Assembly (NCBI GenBank): GCA_964576115.1
Contig: CAZNUA010000001.1
Coordinates: 179,172-199,171, forward strand
DNA: 20,000 nucleotides
Reading direction: 5' to 3'
Source of the DNA: an uncultured Gemmatimonadota bacterium
GTDB lineage: Bacteria > Blakebacterota > Blakebacteria > Blakebacterales > Blakebacteraceae
Under the pieces are notes generated by a model. The model saw only the letters and a program-made list of their open reading frames with translations. It made no database searches and was not told the origin of the DNA. Shown in pieces: positions 15,812 to 20,000 of the stretch (its first letter is position 1; every line of letters begins with the position of its first letter). A program made the position numbers and the translations under genes.

Positions 15812-16066
15812 TTACTTGTTACGACGCAGGAAGAGGCGGTCGTACCCTTCAGCCTCCAGGGCTCCCAGGAAGTCATGACCGACCTTGTCGGCCCACCGCG
15901 GGATGTCGTTCTTGGTGTTGGCGTCACCACTCCAGATCTCGAGAACTTCCCCGACCTTGATGGCACCGATGCCCTTCTTGGCTTCGAGCAGGGGGCCGGG
16001 ACAGGCGCTGCCTCGGGCGTCGACGACTTTCGCTGCCTGCAGGGTGGTGAGATCCACGTCGGACAT
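15812..16066 (-). CDS. tusA: TusA/SirA-family sulfurtransferase (84 aa)
   Basis: VDARGSACPGPLL (CPxP), GEVLEI..D...DIPRWA..GH; start ATG 16066 after GGAG, preferred over 16156. Confidence 0.93.
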   Translation of the reverse strand: MSDVDLTTLQAAKVVDARGSACPGPLLEAKKGIGAIKVGEVLEIWSGDANTKNDIPRWADKVGHDFLGALEAEGYDRLFLRRNK

Positions 16067-16167
16067 GTTCACGCTCCAGGTTGCATGGGGTCTCAGCGGC
16101 CCGCCCTGGGCGGTACCGCCGGTTGTGACGCTTATACTCATATCATCCCGGAGCACGAAGTAATTAG

Positions 16168-16205
16168 GATATTGTATCTATATCGCCCCATAGAAAATAT
16201 CTATG
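16168..16205. promoter_or_regulatory. Tandem LysR boxes (T-N11-A) upstream of the tusA-hdr operon
   Basis: CATAG-N7-CTATG (16189-16205) and GATAT-N7-ATATC (16168-16184), centres 21 bp apart in an AT-rich patch. Confidence 0.75.
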
Positions 16206-16272
16206 AGGTCTGCGGCCATCCGGACCCTCATCAGAGAAGGCCGACTCCCCCCGCAGCGGGCACAGGTGCCCG

Positions 16273-16872
16273 TCAGTAGCGACCGAAGCGCAGGGTCAGC
16301 CCGACCGTATAACCGCTCAGGTCGGCGGCCGCCAGACCGTAGGTCGTCTCGGTCACATCATCGACTCCGATGACGGAGCGGTACCCCGCTCCGACCGCGA
16401 CCCGGAAGTGCTGCGTGACGTTCAGGCAGTAATGGGCCGAGGGTTCGAAAACCCAGATGGTATCGTCGTGCTGGTTCTCTTCGAGGTCGGTCCCGACCTC
16501 GTTGAAGTTGATCCCGCCGATTCCGATCAGGGCGTCGATGTACCAGTGGGTCAGCCGGTCGGGATCGTGCAGGTATTCGAGCAGCAAACCGCCGTACCCG
16601 AGCTGCAGCTCATACATCGTTCCGGCTACCTCAACCTCGTGTTCGGTCACCAGGCCCCAGCCCCCGCCGCCGATGGCGATGGTCTTGCCGATGACCCAGC
16701 CGCCCAGACCGCCCATGAGGAGACCGTCGGAATCCAGAATCTGTGTATACATCAGGTTGGGACCGCCGAACCCGCCGTGTTCGGTACCGCGCCCCAGCAA
16801 TGTCTCCTGCGCCCCGGCCGTGACCGGGACAAGCAACGCCACCAGACAGAGAGATGTCATGATCCGCTTCAT
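16273..16872 (-). CDS. Outer-membrane beta-barrel protein of unknown function (199 aa)
   Basis: Signal peptide MKRIMTSLCLVALLVPVTAGA; Gly/aromatic alternating strands; C-terminal VGLTLRFGRY; GGAGG RBS before ATG 16872. Confidence 0.75.
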   Translation of the reverse strand: MKRIMTSLCLVALLVPVTAGAQETLLGRGTEHGGFGGPNLMYTQILDSDGLLMGGLGGWVIGKTIAIGGGGWGLVTEHEVEVAGTMYELQLGYGGLLLEYLHDPDRLTHWYIDALIGIGGINFNEVGTDLEENQHDDTIWVFEPSAHYCLNVTQHFRVAVGAGYRSVIGVDDVTETTYGLAAADLSGYTVGLTLRFGRY

Positions 16873-16954
16873 CAGTAACCTCCGGAAGAGAACTGTCAAT
16901 ACATAAAGGACCGGCTCAGCGGTCCCCTCTATGAGTATATACGCGGCCGGAGGG

Positions 16955-18490
16955 TCATGGGGTGCCGGCGACTGCCGCCGCCCACTCGGGGAAAACCGCA
17001 AAATCGATCCCGAAGACATGGGTTCCGACCAGGTAGAAGAGCACCGTGATCACGAGCGCCCCGATCAGATTCAGGACCACTCCGACCCGGGCCATTTCGG
17101 CGATCCGGATCCGGCCGCTCCCGAAGACGATGGCGTTGGGAGGAGTAGCCACCGGCATCATGAAAGCACACGAGGCCGAGAGCGTGGCGGGGACCATCAG
17201 GAGCAGGGGATGCACCCGCATGGCCACGGCCACGGCGGCCAGGATCGGCAGGATCATTTCGGTCGTGGCCGTATTGGAGGTCAGTTCGGTCAGGAAAGTC
17301 AGGGTCAGACAGATCAGGATGGTCATCACGAAGGGGGAGGTGCCCGCCAGGCCGCCGAACTGATTGCCGATCAGGGTCGAGAGACCGGTGACCTGAAAAC
17401 CCTGGGCCAGGGCGAAGCCGCCCCCGAAGAGCAGCACGATCCCCCACGGCAGACGCGGGATCACATCGCGGTCCATGACCGAGGCGCTCTGTGCGTCGGG
17501 ACTGCGGGTAGGAATGAAGAAGAGGACCATGGCCATGGCGATCGCCACCGTACCGTCGTCGAGCAGTTCGGGAAAGGGCAACAGCCCGGACCAGCCCGGC
17601 AGGCTGAAGAGTCCGAAGTCGAGCGGTTTGCGGAAGACCCAGAGCACGGCCGTCAGGGCGAAGACGACCAGGACGGCCTTCTCCTCGAAGCTGATCGGAC
17701 CGAGGCGCTCGTACTCGGTCTCGACGATCTGGGGATTCACTGCTATCTCGGATCCGGTCCGGTAGAAGATCCGGGTCAGCACGAACCAGATCACGGCCAG
17801 CATCAGCACACAGACAGGGATGCCGAGCAGGATCCAGCGCCCGAATTCGACCGCCGGGGCGTCGGGGAACATGATCTGGAAGATACGGGTGAAACTGAGG
17901 TTGGGAGGGGTGCCGACCAGGGTGGCGATCCCCCCCACCGAGCAGGCATAGGCGATCCCGAGCATCAGCGCCACCGAGAAGGTGTGCACTTTCTCGCGCC
18001 CGAATTCCTCCTCGAGCTGCAGGATGATGGCCATCCCGATCGGGATCATCATGACCGCCGTGGCGGTGTTGGAGATCCACATCGAGAGGAAGGCGGCCGC
18101 GATCATGAAACCGAGGATGATCCGCGACGGACTGCCGCCAATGAGACGGATGATGGTCAGGGCGATGCGCCGGTGCAGGTTCCACTTCTCCATCGTCAGG
18201 GCGATCATGAAGCCGCCGATGAAGAGGAAGATGGTGGAGTTGACGTAGATCGGAGCGGTGGCCTTGCCGCTCAGGATCCCCAGGACCGGGTAGAGCACGA
18301 GCGGCACCAGAGAAGTGGCGAAGAGGGGGATGGCATCGGTGATCCACCAGGTGGCCATCAGCGCCGCCACCGCGGCCAGACGGGTCGCGGCCGGATTACC
18401 CGGTTCGAGGTCGCAGGCGAGCAGGATCAGGAAGAGGAGCGGACCAAGTGCCAGACCGATTTTCTGAGTCGTCGTGCGCGAAGCTTTCAC
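16955..18490 (-). CDS. SLC13/DASS Na+:dicarboxylate or sulfate symporter
   Basis: WWITDAIP, LSMWISNTAT, GGIATLVGTPPN, TELTSNTAT, FMMPVATPPNA motifs; GTG 18490 overlaps the upstream stop (GTGA). Confidence 0.93.
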   Translation of the reverse strand: MKASRTTTQKIGLALGPLLFLILLACDLEPGNPAATRLAAVAALMATWWITDAIPLFATSLVPLVLYPVLGILSGKATAPIYVNSTIFLFIGGFMIALTMEKWNLHRRIALTIIRLIGGSPSRIILGFMIAAAFLSMWISNTATAVMMIPIGMAIILQLEEEFGREKVHTFSVALMLGIAYACSVGGIATLVGTPPNLSFTRIFQIMFPDAPAVEFGRWILLGIPVCVLMLAVIWFVLTRIFYRTGSEIAVNPQIVETEYERLGPISFEEKAVLVVFALTAVLWVFRKPLDFGLFSLPGWSGLLPFPELLDDGTVAIAMAMVLFFIPTRSPDAQSASVMDRDVIPRLPWGIVLLFGGGFALAQGFQVTGLSTLIGNQFGGLAGTSPFVMTILICLTLTFLTELTSNTATTEMILPILAAVAVAMRVHPLLLMVPATLSASCAFMMPVATPPNAIVFGSGRIRIAEMARVGVVLNLIGALVITVLFYLVGTHVFGIDFAVFPEWAAAVAGTP

Positions 18491-19869
18491 ACCGATTCCG
18501 GTTCCTTTCCTTTCCGGGTCATGAGCCAGTAGACCGGAAGGCCGGCCAGCAGAATGACGAGCCCGATCACGGCGTTGCGCCGCTGGACCGGGTCGAACAG
18601 AACGTAGGCGTCGACGAAGAGCAGGGTGAGGATGAACAGGGCCGGGGTGACGGGATAGCCGGGACAGCGGAAGGGACGGGGACGTTCGGGCCGGCTGCGG
18701 CGCAGACGGTACACCGCAGCCACGGTCAGAGCGTAGAAGATCAGCGAGGCGAAAACCACGTATTCGGTGATGTCCTTGAAAGTCTTGAGGACCACCACCA
18801 GTACGATGGCCCACAGTGCCTGGGCCCAGATCGCGACATACGGGGTGCGCCAGCGGGGATGCACCCGCATCAGCGGCCGGACACCGAGCCCGTCGCGGGC
18901 CATGGCATAGAAGGCCCGGGGACTGGAGAGCAGGCTGGGATTGGCCGCCCCGAAGACCGACAGGCAGATGAGCAGGCTCAGCAGAACTCCGGCGCCGGAA
19001 CCGAACATGCGCTGGACCGCTGTCAGCGGCACCTGCTCGTCGGTCGCAAAGGTGCGCATTTCGTCGATCGGAACCAGGTGAAAGTAGACCGCATTGACCA
19101 GCACATAGGTCACGATCAGGATCACGATCCCGATGATGAGTCCCCGCGGCAGGTCGCGGGCTGGATCGCGCAGCTCGGCGGCATTGAAGGTGACCTGGTA
19201 CCAGCCCTCATAAGCCCAGAAGATGGCCACGGCCGCCATCACCAGCCCCGAGATGAGCGAGACCGCCGGTTCGGTCGGGACCGGCTCGGGCACCACCGCA
19301 TCGGGACGGGTCAGCAGGAAGCCGGCGGCAACCAGCATGCCCAGGGCCGCCAGCTTGGCGAAGGTGGCCGTATTCTGCAGGATCGCCCCCCACCTGACCC
19401 CGTAGTGGTTGGTCAGGGCCAGAGTCAGGATCATGCCGGCGGCCACGGCGATCTGGGCCAGCTCGCTCATCGGCACCAGGCGGTTGGCGAAGCGGGTGAA
19501 GGCCACCGCCAGAGCGGCCATGGTGCCGGTGTTGATGACCAGCAGCAGGCACCAGCCGTAGAGGAAGGCCACCCCCCTACCCCACCCCTCGCGCAGGAAG
19601 GCGTACATCCCCCCCGCCTCGGGGAACATCGCCCCCAGCTCGCCGTAGGCGAAGGCTCCGAGCAGGACGATCAGGCCCAGGAAGACCCAGACGGCATAGG
19701 CCAGCAGCGGACTCGGCAGGGCCTGGGAAACGTTGAGCGGCTTCATGAAGATGCCCGAACCGATCACCGAGCCGACCACCACCATGACGACGCTGGTCAG
19801 GCCCAGGCAGCGCCTGAGTTCGAGTGTCTGTCCCTCGGGTTGAGCCACGGCGCACTCCGCGTTTTCCAT
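18487..19869 (-). CDS. APC-superfamily amino acid permease
   Basis: VGSVIGSGIF, ELGAMFPEAGGMYAFL, WAYEGW, AELRDPARDLP, PRAFYAMARDG, RPFRCPGYP; multiple transmembrane helices. Confidence 0.95.
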   Translation of the reverse strand: MENAECAVAQPEGQTLELRRCLGLTSVVMVVVGSVIGSGIFMKPLNVSQALPSPLLAYAVWVFLGLIVLLGAFAYGELGAMFPEAGGMYAFLREGWGRGVAFLYGWCLLLVINTGTMAALAVAFTRFANRLVPMSELAQIAVAAGMILTLALTNHYGVRWGAILQNTATFAKLAALGMLVAAGFLLTRPDAVVPEPVPTEPAVSLISGLVMAAVAIFWAYEGWYQVTFNAAELRDPARDLPRGLIIGIVILIVTYVLVNAVYFHLVPIDEMRTFATDEQVPLTAVQRMFGSGAGVLLSLLICLSVFGAANPSLLSSPRAFYAMARDGLGVRPLMRVHPRWRTPYVAIWAQALWAIVLVVVLKTFKDITEYVVFASLIFYALTVAAVYRLRRSRPERPRPFRCPGYPVTPALFILTLLFVDAYVLFDPVQRRNAVIGLVILLAGLPVYWLMTRKGKEPESV

Positions 19870-20000
19870 CCGGTACTCTGCCCGTTCGGCCCGTCCGCTG
19901 AGCAGTGTAGTCGCTCAGCCCCGGTGCCGGCAATCGCCCCCTGGCCTGTTCCCGATCGGATAAACGCCCCCTGTCCTCGCTCGTCCCTGAGTCAGATATC

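Noticed and set aside
11096-16066. Canonical QmoABC, sHdr or methanogen Hdr-Mvh assignment
   Set aside because: No qmoC, aprAB, hdrB/C, lbpA or mvhAG in the window; MvhD is separate and atypical.
16206-16256. CTGATGAG on the minus strand (hammerhead core)
   Set aside because: No GAAA partner; it is only part of a local hairpin.
12060-18532. Long plus-strand ORFs (12060..13313, 14729..16279, 16931..18532)
   Set aside because: Antisense shadows of well-supported minus-strand genes, expected at high GC.
18491-18814. N-terminal extension of the DASS transporter in the ORF track
   Set aside because: Overlaps the APC gene in another frame; GTG 18490 gives a normal-length, coupled gene.

Overview
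GC-rich bacterial scaffold, probably from a diderm anaerobe (outer-membrane beta-barrel, Tat lipoprotein, ADOP permease, HdrA cluster), with a 100-N assembly gap at 10993-11092. Left of the gap: a DUF2961/GH172 glycoside hydrolase running off the left edge (missed by the ORF track), a flavoredoxin, an orphan Cys-rich PAS histidine kinase, a Tat-lipoprotein sulfatase, an ECF sigma factor with a zinc-finger anti-sigma carrying ExbD/TolR-like repeats, a structured 580-bp intergenic region (symmetric bidirectional sigma70 promoter, candidate sRNA, 21-bp tandem repeat), an ADOP permease and a CysL-like LysR regulator. Right of the gap, all on the minus strand: APC permease, SLC13/DASS symporter, beta-barrel protein, then the operon tusA - atypical mvhD - hdrA(455 aa) - hdrA(684 aa) - wHTH - dsrE behind a double LysR box. 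The best candidate for an undescribed system is this operon: no HdrB/C is visible, sulfur carriers flank it, the two HdrA paralogues show complementary motif losses, MvhD has a rewired Cys set, and the tusA-mvhD spacer is predicted to fold so that it hides the mvhD ribosome-binding site and brings the tusA stop next to the mvhD start. All calls are by-eye motif recognition; no searches or folding computations were run.
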